DNA of 64,000 bases, taken from assembly GCF_009914755.1 (NCBI RefSeq), contig NC_060928.1. One strand, 5' to 3'. Positions 1 to 14,787 of the stretch are shown piece after piece. A program made the translations under genes and the position numbers. Source of the stretch: the human T2T-CHM13v2.0 reference genome, Homo sapiens. Numbering within the stretch: the first letter of the stretch is position 1; the number at the start of each line of letters is the position of its first letter. The notes beneath the pieces are model-generated. The model did no database searches. It had not been told where the DNA came from and saw nothing but the letters and a program-made list of their open reading frames with translations.

Positions 1-1005
<1,005 letters not shown>

Positions 1006-1009
1006 CCAA

Positions 1010-1140
1010 TGAGTCTTGGGTCCTTTTAGTGGACAGGAGTATTTAGAAACCAACATCTGGACCCTAGATGTGTTTATCACTCTTGGGTGTCACTGCTTCT
1101 GGCATCTTTTCAGTAGACAGAATTAGGTAGTATATGTATG
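1010..1140 (-). mobile_element. Ancient L1 (L1MC-like) 3' region fragment
   Basis: tttagaaaccaacatctggaccctagatgtg...cagtagacagaattagg resembles the L1MC4 3' end as I recall it. Confidence 0.5.
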
Positions 1141-1220
1141 TATATGCACATTTAATTATATATGTGTTATATGTAATATAACATTATATCTATATAAACA
1201 TTAGTTCAGTTGATACTTTT

Positions 1221-1536
1221 GTTTTTAGAGACAAGGTCTTGTTCTGTTGCTCAGGCTGGAGTGCAGTTGCACAATCACAGCTCACTGCACCCTCAAATAC
1301 CTGGGCTCCAGCAATTCTCCTGCCTCTGCCTCCTGAGTAGCTGTGACTACAGGCATGCACCATCATGTTTGGTTAGTTTTAAAACATTTTTAAAATTTAT
1401 TTTTACATTTTTCAGTAGAGACAGAGACTCAACATTTTCCCCAAGTTGCTCTTGAACTCCTGGGCTCAAATAATCCTCCTTCAACTGCAGCCTCCCAAAC
1501 TGCTGAGATCACAAGCATAAGCCACTGCACACGGCC
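1221..1536 (-). mobile_element. AluJ
   Basis: Diverged antisense Alu (cacagctcactgca, ctgggctc); TSD tca(g/t)ttgatactttt at 1206-1220 and 1537-1551. Confidence 0.9.
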
Positions 1537-2432
1537 TCATTTGATACTTTTAATTTTAGTTCAGCAAGGAAGTATTTATTTTAATTTTTTTCTTTTCTAT
1601 ATTGGTAACTCTTCTCTGGAGAAACATATATCCCATAATCTTCAATATATTACTTAGTAAATTCATTCTCCCATCATGTTACCAATGTCTGTTTGCCACT
1701 CTCACTGTCCCCTTATCCCTTTTGTGCCTGTTCTTTTCACCCTACTTAGGCTCTGTCAACAACCTTCAGTACTAGATACCAGTGCAAGGACATGGTCCTC
1801 ATTTTGTTCTGGCTACAACATATTATTTCAAATGGCTGCCACCTCCCCTAACCCTGACTGACAGCTACCTTTCTTGATCCCTCCTAATGGACAAATTATT
1901 CAGGGAGAAAGGAAGGAAGGAAAGAAGATAGGCAAGCAACTGCCATTATAATCAAAACAATTATTATCTCCAAGAAGCTTTTCTTTAGTAAAAACTGTTT
2001 TCCCAAATTACTCCTTCAAGATAACTAACCAGGTCGAAAGAATGAGCTATGACTTTTTCATTTTTCCTGTAAGGAGCATGTTGATTAATATATTTATAAG
2101 ATTTGATACAAATTCACCTGGAACTGTTCAGTTATATGAATGAATGAATCAGAGGTTTAGAAATAGAAGAGATACTGATTGACATTCATCTTCCAAACAA
2201 ACCATTTTAGAGCTGAAGTAATAAGAGGTGAGATGACTTTCCCAAAGCTATACAATTGGTAGCATTGGAATATTTGAATTTATTTAACAAAACCAGAAAA
2301 AAAAGTTCTGTATTCTTGTTTTTTTTTCTACGATTTATATTTAGTTTCTTATGAATACCAATAAGGATTTTCAGAATGGTTCATCATTTCTGTTGTGTAG
2401 AAAATAATAACAATAATCAAAATTTTTTTGCA

Positions 2433-2740
<308 letters not shown>

Positions 2741-2789
2741 CAACACATACTGTATTCAAAGCCTTTCATAGATTTGTCATGGATATTTC

Positions 2790-2940
2790 AGATTTTACTG
2801 CTTGTGTGTTACAATAAGAAAACTAATTGCACAAAGATTAAGTCACTTACCCAGGGTCATATATTTAGGTAGTGGCAGAATTAGGTTTCGAATCCAGAGG
2901 TGCTGGATTCTAAATCTCCTATACTATGCTAGAGAGCCTC
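2790..2940 (-). mobile_element. MIR relic
   Basis: aagattaagtcacttacccagggtcat...agtggcagaattaggtttcgaatccag resembles the MIR core. Confidence 0.6.
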
Positions 2941-3950
2941 TTTATATTTTGGGTAGAGGTCCATGCATCAGTTAGTACTAATTAAATTGCTTAATAAAAG
3001 TGAGGATTTTTTGGTTTATTCAACTGATGAATCTCATTTCTGCTGCAGCTTGATGAAGACACAATGCCAAGCTAGAGCCTTGTTCCATGTTATTTATTTT
3101 TTCTTTTTCACTTGCTCTTAGAATGTTGTCTTTATCTCAGGCTCAATGAAGGGCAAGTTGGTTGTAAGAGCTACTGTCTACTTCAACCAAGTTTAAGATG
3201 GAGTCTTTTCCCCTAGAAATCCTAGCAAATGCCCCAGTGGTTCAATGGCTGATGTGTCCATCCCTCTACTAATTATTGTAGCCAGGTAAATCTGCTGAAT
3301 ACTAATCCCCCCAAATATGACAGCATGGCAGTAAAGTAGGTACAAAGTAGCTTTCCATAGGAAATTGAAAGTACTGTTCTGTAAGAAGACCGAAGAGAAG
3401 TGAGGTGGCAAAAACAATAGAGTTTTTCTACATCTCATTATGAAGAATTACTATCAAGTAGAGTTCCTGATTTCTATTGTATTTTACCTTCATCAACAAC
3501 CACAGGGCTAATATGCCTCACACAGTATTGTCTTGATTGTGCCTAAGGCTTCATAACTAAATTATGGCTATGGTATGGGTGTCCTGAGGTCGATGCATTC
3601 TCCAAGAGCAGGCTTTGTCCTGCGAACGCTTGAATAGTTCTCAAGCTGGCTGATTTTGTCGTCAGCAAAAGTACAAAATTTAACAAATGTTTAAATGTAA
3701 AATTTGCTTTTTACTGCCTAAATTAACATCAGAGAAATTGTTTCAAGAATAAGTTAAAGAAGACTAAACAGAATTATTTGTTCATAAATTGACCTCATGC
3801 CAGATGTTGGGTTTTTGACCTGTTGCTATAGATTCAATAACTTTTTACCTGGTTCTAATTCAATCTTAGGATGTCTCTCCTTTAGTCAAAACATTTTTTC
3901 TTACATGATTATCTCTTTAGTGGCCAACCTTTACTGAAGTTTACCAGATG

Positions 3951-4990
3951 CAGTCATGGGTGCATAATGACATTTTGGTCAATAACAGATGACATATACA
4001 ACAATGGTCCCATAAGATTATAATGCAGCTGAAAAATTTCTCTCCCCTTGGGATATCATAGCTGTAGTGCAACACATTACTAATGATCTTCTCAATGCTC
4101 TGTATATCCAGGCTAATGTTTGTGTCTATGTTTTAGTTTTTAACAAAAAAAAAATTGGAAAACCTTAGCCTGTTTAACATAGATTTTGTCTCTACAAAAG
4201 AAAAAAAAATTAGCCTGGCATGGTGGTACGTGTGCCTGTAGCCTCAGCTACTCAGGAGGCTGAGGTGGGAGGATTGCTTGAGCTCAGGTGTTTGACTCTG
4301 TGATGAGCCATGATGGCACCACTGCACTGCAGTCTGGATGACAGAGCGAGGCCCTGTCTCAAAAATAAATAAAGAAATAATAAAAGTATGAAAAGCTTAT
4401 AGAATAAGAATATAAAGAAAATATTTTTATATAATGTGTTTGTCTTTTAATCTAAGTGTTATTACAAAACAGAGTTAAAATGAAATATAAAAGTTTATGA
4501 AGTAAAAATATTATAGTCAGCTAAAGTTAGTATATGATTAAAGAAAAAATTGCTAGTGTAGTCTAAGTGTGCATTATTTATAAAATCTATAGTAGTGTTA
4601 CAGCAATTTCCTAGGCTTTCACATTCACTCAACACTCACTGATCCACCCAGAATGATTTCCAGTCCCGTAAGCTCCATTCATAGTAAGTACCCTATACAG
4701 GTCTACCATTTAAAATCTTTTATTCTGTATTTTTACTAAACCTTTTCTATGTTTAGATATGTTCAGATATACAAATACTTACCATTGTGTTACAATTGCC
4801 TATAATATTCAGTATAGTAACATGCTATACAGGTTTGTAGCCTAGGAACAATATGCTATACCACATAGCCTAGGTATGTAGTAAGCTGTATCATCTAGGT
4901 CTGTGTAAGTACACATCATAGAGAGCACAACAAAATCGTCTAATGAAATATTTCTCAGAACCTGTCCCTGTCATTAATGACACATGACTA
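3951..4990 (+). mobile_element. Tigger3/MER7-type non-autonomous DNA transposon
   Basis: Inverted termini cagtcatg...(3951) and ...catgacta (4990); internal ggtcccataagattataat and aggtttgtagcctagga motifs. Confidence 0.85.
4168..4385 (+). mobile_element. 5'-truncated AluJ inside the Tigger3 element
   Basis: ggaggattgcttgagctcagg J-type right arm followed by an A-rich tail. Confidence 0.85.
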
Positions 4991-5899
4991 TAAAAGGATC
5001 AGACATTGACTGATTTTTTGATCTTAGGAGTGTGGTGAATCTTCGAGAAATTAGAAGTCACCCATAGGACGTATAGCTCACCTGGCCACCAGCACGTGGA
5101 CTGTCTGAATGTTGGCCAAATTTTCTTTCACCTCTTTTGCACATGCAAACTAATAGTCTAGGACTTTCCAACCACCAACTCATTAGTAACTTTTTGTCAT
5201 GCTAATAGTAGATAAATAAATTACTCTAACTGAAGCCAAATACATAACATATATTTACACAAATTTAATTGATGTTTTTCACTTATGTCATGCTCTTAGA
5301 GCGTTAGTAGAGATTATAAGGTCTATAGTAGCATTAGCACTTGGCTCATATTATGCTTGACTTCATAACTAAAATACCAAAAGTGAATCATTTTAACTTA
5401 TCATTAATGATAAAAAACTTTTTATATCAGGGCATTTAAGGATCCATAATCATGTGTTCTGCTACTTAGTTAAAAAATCAGAAACCTTATAATGAATTTC
5501 TTAAGCTTCAAAATTCTGAAATAGAGTCTACAAAGTAACTGAAATGGGATAAGAGTATAGTAAATTGAAGAAATCTTTGGAGAAGCACTTAAAAACCAGT
5601 TTATTTTTCCCTCACAAGGCCTGGCAGCTGGGACCAAACTATACCTTCCATTTACCATTCTGAAGTATCATATTGCAAATGCTTTTCTGTATAAACAAAC
5701 TTTATGTAACCTCCAACATTAGTAAAAAGTCATAAGCTACAAACAGTAACAATTCTTTCCAATTATAACCGTGTTAATAAAGTAAATTGAATGTGTCTAG
5801 TTATAATATAAAAAATATTTTAATAGACTTAAAAAGGCATAAATAACAGTCATTGCAGAGAAATCCTTCCTGATATGGACACTATACAAAGATAACCCC

Positions 5900-6330
5900 T
5901 TCTGTAGTTGCATTATGTTTGAAGAATAGTTGGAGTTTCCTGTGTCTACTTGTGAGCTAAATCTCTAGGTATCTGTCCACACCCTAGGACATACTCTGAA
6001 TCATGAATAAACAGGGTCACACATATTGGCACTGGATTACATCCTGCTAGCAATAGTGCTAGTTTATTTTGTATCCTTATCAGTATTTAGAATATTGGTT
6101 GGCACATAGAAGTTGCTTAATAAATGTTTGTCAAGTTAGATCAGTAATTATCCCATATTGAAATTCTTACTGTACTGTATTGTGATTACTTGCTTACTTT
6201 TAATTAATTGCTTAATTATTATACTCATTGAGTGTAGGTTCCTGTCTTTTCAAAACTGAATCACTTGAATTAAGCTTTGGGTTTTGTGACTACAAAGAGT
6301 TCAATAGATATTTTTGACACAAATGATTAA
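5900..6330 (+). mobile_element. L2 3'-end relics
   Basis: tggcacatagaagttgcttaataaatgtttg and ttcaatagatatttttga are L2-type 3' termini. Confidence 0.55.
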
Positions 6331-6814
6331 CAGTTGAGTTAACTTTGTTGCCCTTAGAAAGTACTAGGTGGGAAATGCTCCTAATATGAGATGAAGTAGT
6401 TGAAACCAGAAGTTTATGAAGAATTTTCCCAAAGACAGAAAACAAATCACCAGAGGCTATTTAGGGATTTGGCTCTTCATTAACATGGCTTATGATCCTT
6501 ATACATAGATCTATTTTGCTTGTAACTTTAAAATCAGAAATGTTTAATTCTTCACCAATGGCTATTGCTGAACAATAATTTGTATGCTGCCATTGCTGAT
6601 TGTACCAGAATAGTTTTCTGCCTATTTTTCCCCCATTAATATCCCTTAATAAAACAGAAAAAATTTGAAAAAGATTTTAGTACTATATTAATTTATCTTA
6701 CTATTTAAATCCTTATTGTTTTTCCTTGCTTGCTTTGTGATTTTGGTTCTTTCCAGTCAGAAAATCTCTCTCTAGCCAGTAAAACACACTTCATAGCTTC
6801 TTGAATGTGAATAA

Positions 6815-7273
<459 letters not shown>

Positions 7274-7630
7274 TAATGCATCAACATTAACACAATATTC
7301 TAGCCACTATGTTTTGGGATAATTTGCGACCCAGAATCTAGAATTACTGCCCCTCCTATAATGCTTACACTGTACTCTGTCCTTATCCTATTGTCATACT
7401 TGTCACAGTGCCTCATCAGTTTCTTACTGAATGTTTTCCCCATAGACTTGCAAGTATCTTGAGTGCAGAGATCATGTCTTGTGCACCATCATTTAACACA
7501 CTGTGTGTAGCATGTAGCATGTGCTAAGTATTTGTTAAGTGAATAAATTTGATATTATTTACCAATTAATATAGGATTGTAGAAAATAAAAATATTCTTT
7601 GCATTATTGCTTTACTAATAATAATCTTTT

Positions 7631-7920
7631 GGCAGGGTGCGGTGGCTCATGCCTGTAATCCCAGCACTTTGGGAGGCCGAGGCAGGTGTATTGCCTGAAG
7701 TTTGAAGTTTGAGACCAGCCTGGTCAACATGGTAAAACCCCGTCTCTACTAAAAATACAAGAATTAGCTGGGCATGGTGGCGGGTGCCTGTAATCCCAGC
7801 TACTGGGGAGGCTTAGGCAGGAGAATCGCTTGAATCCAGGAGGTGGAGGTTGCACTCCAGCCTGGGCAACAAAGTGAAACTTTGTCTCAAATAAATAAAT
7901 AAATAAATAAAATAAAATAA
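7631..7920 (+). mobile_element. AluS with a ~24-bp internal deletion in the right arm
   Basis: TSD aataatctttt (7620-7630 and 7932-7942); ggaggttgcactccag joins two TGCA copies; (TAAA)n tail. Confidence 0.92.
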
Positions 7921-8200
7921 ATTTTTTAAAAAATAATCTTTTGAAGTTTTTTAGAAGATCCCTGTTATCTTTCTCATTTTTTTCTTATCAAATACTTATG
8001 GTCCATATATTATATTTTAGACATTCCAATGATAGAAATAGAGCAGGGAACAAGAAAAGCACAGCTTTTAACTTCATGGAGTAGAGCTTACAATTTTGTT
8101 AAAAGAGATAAATAAAAATGTACATAGCTAAAGGTATAATTATAAACTGTGAAAGTGTATGGTTATATTAGAGCATCTACCAGGAAGAAAGGTTTGCCTA

Positions 8201-8554
<354 letters not shown>

Positions 8555-9753
8555 TTAAATAATTGGGTGTGGCTCCGGATGGGGCAGGTACTCTAAGGAG
8601 AGGAGGCAGCTTGTGGGAAAACTCTTAGGTGGCAAAAGTCTCTGTGCTTTTAAGGAACTGGAAAGGAACTGGATTTTAGTATTCTTTAGTTCCAAACATT
8701 CTAGAAAACCTTACTTTGATTGTTTAAGCCACAGATTTTCTCAGTACCATCCTACAGTTGTTTCCCCCATATCAGAGACCTTCTATTCACCTTGGGAAGT
8801 CAAAAATTCAAAACAATTAAAATATTAATAAAATAAAGTTTCTTCTAGCTGACTCAGAGAAAATTGTTCAAAAGTTCTTAGATTTAAATATTCTTTTGTA
8901 AGCTCAGCTTTCATTTCAGGGGTTTTAAAAAAAGAATAATTATATGCAGATTCAGATCTCAAAATGTCACTGAGAAGAAAAGAAAGAGGTATTGTATTTA
9001 AATATTATGTGCCAGAATAAAAGGAAAAATATAGGCCTTGTTCTTTTGGACTTTGAGCACTATCTATAAACGTGTCTGTTCATATTATTTAATGTTTCTA
9101 ATTGTTTAAGTAAAAATCTAAAGAGATTAAAGTTTAATAGCTATATGTGCAATAAAATTCATAACAGTTTCATTGATGTGAGGTATTATTAAAATATTAC
9201 CAATTCACAAGGTAAATATGTACAAAGAAATAAGGTTGCTATAATAGCAACAGTTTTATGTAACACATAAATAAAGTTGAGCTTACTTGTTTCTTATGTT
9301 AGAAACAAGTCTCCTTGTTGCTAACATAATTTCTTGCTAAAACTTTTGATCAGTTAAATTAAATGAGATAATACTTATAAAGTCTTTAAAAAGTACTTAG
9401 CACATAGAAAGCATTGTTTTTTTTGTCATTGTCACTTTGCTGCACATCTTTCCTACATTTTTTTCCAGTCTGCTTCACACACATCAAGCCATAAGAACAT
9501 TTAGTAGGCTCTGATATGCAAATAACAAGTTTTTGCTGCCAATCACAAACTAGGATTGACTCTAAAATATAATGTCCCTGAAGTCTCCCTTCTTAGTAAG
9601 AAGAGCTCAGGATCGACTACGGCAAAATAGAAATCACTGGACAACTTATTTTTGAATCATTCAATTTCAAAGAAAGTCAAGATATTTCTTTTTCTTTCTT
9701 GATATTATTTCTAAAATAAGCAATTTCTATCACTAAACCAACTTTAGGGGCAG

Positions 9754-11083
9754 TATAACTGAGCGCAGGCTTGGCTGCCCACCAGTTGCAAAGCCAATGA
9801 CAAGGACAAAGTGCAGTGAAAGGAAAGTGAGTTTATTTTCCAAAGCTAGCACTGGGGGAGGCAGCTGGCTTATGCCTCTAGGAATCACTTCAAACTTTAG
9901 GCTGGGGAATAGGGCTAAAAAGGGGAGCTAGAAATGGGAGGCATGAGGGAGGGGTGCTGAGTACAGGATGTACATATTTTGTTTTGGTGGCTATCTGAAG
10001 CCATGGTCCACTAGGAGCAAGTAATACAGACAGGAGGTGGGGAAATACTGGGTAGAAGAGGGTGGGTCCCCAGCAAAGGCCGCCCCCTGCCAAGCCTGGA
10101 TACCTGGGGCCCTAAAGTGAGAACAGGTATTCCTGTTTTCGTATCCAAAAAGTTGCCTTTTGGCTCACCACGCCCCCTATCCTTTACTCATGTAAATCCT
10201 GAACCCCAGGCTCCACAAGGGAACAAACAGAGGGGCTGACGAGTAGCAGAACAGCACGGCAGAGCAGGAGAGAAGAGAAGGAGCATCTGAATGTCAGGAG
10301 GAGTTCAGCTGGGGACGGTCAGATAATCAGCCACTGAACAGCCAAACATCAGGAGAAGATCATCTTCTCACTCTATCCCCTGTCCAGCTCTCCATCCATC
10401 TCACTGAGAGCCACCTCCACCACTCAATAAAACCCACACATTCACTCTTCAAGTCTGTGTGTGACCCGATTCTTCTGGGACACTGGATAAGACCCTTGCA
10501 AAAAGACAGACAGTCCACTGAGTTGGTTAACAGTTAAGCCATCCGTGGACAGCAAGGCTAAAAGAGTGCACTGTAACACATGGCCACTTGGGCTCCTGCA
10601 CCTGTCCATCTGTGTGCTCCCCCTCCTGTAAGGGGTTTGAGCAGCGGTGGCGACTGAACAGATGAACCACACCCCTGTCCCACGTCCTGTTAGGGGAGTC
10701 AGGGAACTTTCCCATTTCAGAAGGGTGGCATCATCTCAACAATGGCCAGGTTGTTGAATAACTGCCTTGAGATAATCTCTGGGATTTTACGACTGGGTCT
10801 CTATGCTTGGTCTGTGTTAAGATTAGCATCTGGAACTTCTAAGTAAGCAAATGATTAGCATACAATGAGATAAATGTGCATGATGTAAGGGAGTATATGG
10901 TGAGAAAAGAGGGACATGGTATTTCAAAGAAAGTACATTTCAAGGCTATAATCTAAGACTAAGGATGGGGAAAAAAAGGCTTTTGCAGTAAGCTTCAAGG
11001 TTACAACTTGAGACTAGTCAAAAAAGAGAAGAAAGAAAAGAAAGTTTTAAAATGTATTTTTCAGGCAAAACTGTATGGTTACA
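9754..11083 (-). mobile_element. ERV1 solo LTR (MER67-like), split by a MER50 insertion
   Basis: Termini t(a)taactgag... and ...ggttaca; minus-strand AATAAA (tttatt ~9832); the two halves flank the MER50. Confidence 0.6.
10022..10719 (+). mobile_element. MER50 solo LTR (ERV1)
   Basis: Starts taatacagacaggag..gaaatactgggtagaagaggg, AATAAA at ~10426, ends cccatttca; 4-bp TSD caag/gaag. Confidence 0.8.
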
Positions 11084-11766
11084 ATAGAATATTATATAGA
11101 TAAGTTTCCCACTCTGGTGTAAAAGCTGCTCCTCATCACCATGCCTGTACACAGAAGTACATTTTCTCAGTCATTCATTTTATCTTTCCTTCCTGCAATC
11201 TGGGTTCTCAGTACTGTATATGGCATGATTTCTATGCTGGGGGTGGATAGAGTAGGAGCTGTATATTTAATATAACCAAATTACTACAGTTGAAAGCTCA
11301 GTGTTATCATCTTGCAGAGGTTGTCATTGAACCCACAAGCCAGGAAGTTCTTTGGTGACCTTATAGAAGGAGTAGATTCAATAAAATGTTACTGCTAGAT
11401 AACAAATAACGAAGTAGCAATTGAGTTTGATTCCTTCTCTGGGGGTGGGTAGGGAGTTAGGGGCTGTACATATAACAATGATCAGGAGGTAGTATTTTCA
11501 GGCAATTTATTCAATATGTTGTTAACAAAAGGTGTTCTAGAAAAAGGGTAGAAGAGAGGTAGAACCAGGTAAGAATCTTTGTTCAAAAACTAACATAAAT
11601 AGTACACTTCCTGGCTTTTTAAAATCAATTCACCTTTGAGCTTCCCTTTCCCTTTTATTGGGTGGGCAGGAAATCCAATGCATCATTGCTGCAGCACGCT
11701 CTCTCCAGGGAAATACAACACACTGTGGATTTCACATGACTGGCGTCCAGGTCCTGTGTCACTGAC

Positions 11767-12135
11767 ACACTCCACTGCTAACATCCCTACATTTGAAAGA
11801 AAGGATCAGTTCCTCAAAAATTATATACTTGGTCTATCCTCTACCTTCTCTTCCCTTAAGACTAAAGGCCTCCTAGCACAGGCGCCGCCCCTGGAGTTTC
11901 CGGCACATCAGCATCAGCCTAGAGATCACGTTCTCATCAAAGGGTGGAAGGAAGGGAAGCTCGAACCAGCCTGGGAAGGACCCTACCTAGTGCTCCTAAC
12001 TACTGAGACTGCAGTCTGGACAGTAGAAAGAGGATGGACTCATCACACCCGAGTCAAGAAGGCGCGACCACCTCCAGAATAATGGACTGTCACTCCAGGG
12101 CCCACCCCCACCAAACTAACTCTAAAAAGAGCTTA
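11767..12135 (+). pseudogene. ERV pol C-terminus (integrase GPY/F region), HERV-I/HERV-IP type, 5'-truncated
   Basis: KLEPAWEGPYLVLLTTETAV..GWTHHTRVK is the gamma-like integrase C-terminal signature; stop at 12080-12082. Confidence 0.9.
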
Positions 12136-14085
12136 ATAATCACTTGTTTATTCTCTTTTTTCTTTTCGACAGAAGGTCATCTTGTCATCAATGTAACTCA
12201 GGCTAGTCATCCTTTAACTCTTCAGTTCGATGCCTGTTCAGTCATCCCGTGTGGAGATGAGCAAGCTCAAAGGAAGCCATCCCGTGTTGATAAGTATCTA
12301 TGTCCATACCTCAAGGAATCAAGCAAGTATAAGTGTGGAGCCTTAAAAAGTCCCTGTGGTGACTGGGCGGATGTTTGGTGGACTACTAAGTACAAAGGGT
12401 GGACAGCCAAGCCCCCTGCTTCAAATAAGTTATGGGGACTGAAATAAAAACTCCAACTAGTCCGTGGTCCCACCTCACTAAATTGTAAACCATTACACTG
12501 TAACCCCTTGTTGCTGATTATGAATAATCCCTGGACAATGGCCCAAGAGCCCTCTATATTCGAACGATATGGGTTAGGTGCAGACGTTGAGGGACAGGAC
12601 CCTATAGGAATCTTCTCCCTAAGGTTAGTTAAACCACTGGTTAACAATAATAAAAGAGTTCAGACCCAAAGTCTGGGAGACACGTGGAACCCAACGCTCT
12701 CCCCAAGTATAGCGAGCTCAACATCCTCCTACCATCTCCAAAATGACCCAACCAAGGTAACGGTTGTGAAGGTAGAAAATTTAAGGCTAACTATAGCTCT
12801 AGAGACAGGGTATCAAGATGCAAATGCTTGGCTGGAATGGATTAAATATTCCGTTCACACTTTAAACAAAAGTGAATGTTATGCTTGTGCACATGGTAGA
12901 CCATAGGCCCAGATTGTCCCCTTTCCACTTGGATTGTCTTCCAGCCGACTGGGCATGAGCTGTATGGCAGCTCTTTTCCCAAACTCCTCAGCCTGGGGCA
13001 ACAAATCATGCCAAGCTCTTTCTCTGCTGTTCCCTGAAGTTAAACACCCTGTGGGTCGGCCCCCAAGGGCCATTCAGCATCCATCTCCCAATGCCAATTT
13101 TACTTCGTGTCTCTCATGACAGGGAGAGAACTTGGCTTTCCTGGGAGCCTTAACGGGATGCAATGAGCTTATGCCCTTCCAAGAGCTTACCCATCAGTCT
13201 GCACTTAGCCATCCTCGAGCAGATGCGTGGTGGTATTGTGGTGGACCAATACTGGACACTCTGCCAAGTAACTGGAGTGGAATTTGTGCTCTAATTCAAT
13301 TGGCCATCCATCTCACACTGGCATTTCATCAACCAGAGAGGGTAGGAACCAAACATCGTCAAACAAGAGAGGGCCCCCATGGGTCCTTCAATTCTCATGT
13401 TTATATAGATGCCACTGGGGTCCCAAGAGGAGTGCCAAATGAATTTAAGGCCTGAAACCAAATAACTTCTGGAGTTGAATCTACATTCTTCTGGTGGTTA
13501 ACTGTAAATAAAAATGTGAATTGGATAAATTACAATTATTACAATCAGCAATGATTTATTAATTATACTAGAGATGCTATTAAAGGAATAGCTGAACAAT
13601 TAGGACCTGCCAGTCAAATGGCCCGGGAAAACAGGATAGCATTAGACATGATACTAGCAAAAGAAGGTGGAATTTGTGTCATGATCAGGACCCAATGCTG
13701 TACTTATATCCCTAATAACACTGCTCCCAGTGGGACCATAAGTAAAGCATTACAGGGTCTTACTGCCCTATCAAATGTGCTAGCCAAAAATTCTGGACTA
13801 AATGATTCCTGCACAAATTTAATGGGAAATTGGTTCAGTAGATGGAAGGGACTTACGTCCTCAATCCTCATCTCTCTGGCCATTGGAATAGGGTTGCTTA
13901 TTCTCATAGGATGCTGCATCATACCTTGTGCCTGGCGATTAATACAAAGAATTATTGTAACAGCTCTCACTAAAACTTCTTATGATCCTCCTCCCCCTGA
14001 TTCAAATAAGCTTTTCCTCCTGGAAAACCAAGTAGAACAACGGAGCCAAATTATGCTAAAAAGATTTGAAGAGAAAGAGTTATAA
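12034..14085 (+). pseudogene. ERV env (HERV-I/HERV-IP group), full-length frame with five in-frame stops
   Basis: Signal-like SLIITCLFSFFFSTEG, CxxC (CYAC), RQTR cleavage site, ISD ARENRIALDMILAKEGG, CX6CC (CVMIRTQCC), TM SILISLAIGIGLLILIGCCII; ORF pieces 12034/12508/12934/13132/13618 share one frame. Confidence 0.92.
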
Positions 14086-14105
14086 CAGAAGGAAAAGAGG
14101 GAAGC

Positions 14106-14615
14106 TGTGGGATATGATGAGGTTTCTCTTCAAATAATCTGATCAATCTTTTATTCTTTAATTCATAGTACCCCCTCCCTTTTTTCCTTTTTCTCCTTTT
14201 TTTTTTTTCCTTTTTGCCTTTGTTAGATGCCCAGGCACTCCACAGTACCAGGTGTTATCAGTACCAGCTCACATTCCTTTCCTTATTTGGAAAGAGGACT
14301 AGCTTTCTAGCTCTTTACAGACACCCCTTCCCCTTCTTCTCCACTTTCTTTTACGTGCCCACCTTATCTAAAAAATGTCAAATGTTTAGCCAACCGGCAT
14401 TAGTTTAGATTGTACGACCCGAACCCGGCCAGTGGGGAAAGGGTACAGGGGCAGGACTTGCATCAGGAATAAAGGCTCTTGTGCCTTTTTTTCAGGTGTG
14501 CTCTCGTGGCGACTGGCCAACAAGGCACCCCTCTGCGAAGAACTAAAATTGCTTTGCTAAGAACCCTTTGTTCAAGTGCTCAATTTCTTTAGGATTTTGA
14601 GCGTTGTTCCTAGCA
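14106..14615 (+). mobile_element. 3' LTR, LTR10B-like
   Basis: Follows the PPT agaaggaaaagaggga; starts tgtgggatatgatgaggtttctcttcaaa, AATAAA at ~14468, ends ...tagca. Confidence 0.85.
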
Positions 14616-14787
14616 AGGGGATTTGGTTTTGGGAAACAAGAGCTAAGAAGGGAGATATCTTTCAGATAAAACTTTGGCTTTCAGTGCTGCTACAACATTT
14701 CCCTTAAGCAAAGACATATAGAACAAACTGTCTACCACTTAAATGAATGAAGATATAGCAGAATGTACAAGAACACATAAATATATC

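Noticed and set aside
14223-14242. p53 response element expected in some LTR10 subfamilies
   Set aside because: The sequence ttagatgcccaggcactcca lacks the CWWG core in both half-sites
11767-14615. env region as an L1-retroposed (processed) viral mRNA
   Set aside because: The 3' LTR continues past the poly(A) signal to a ..ca end, with no poly(A) tail or long TSD
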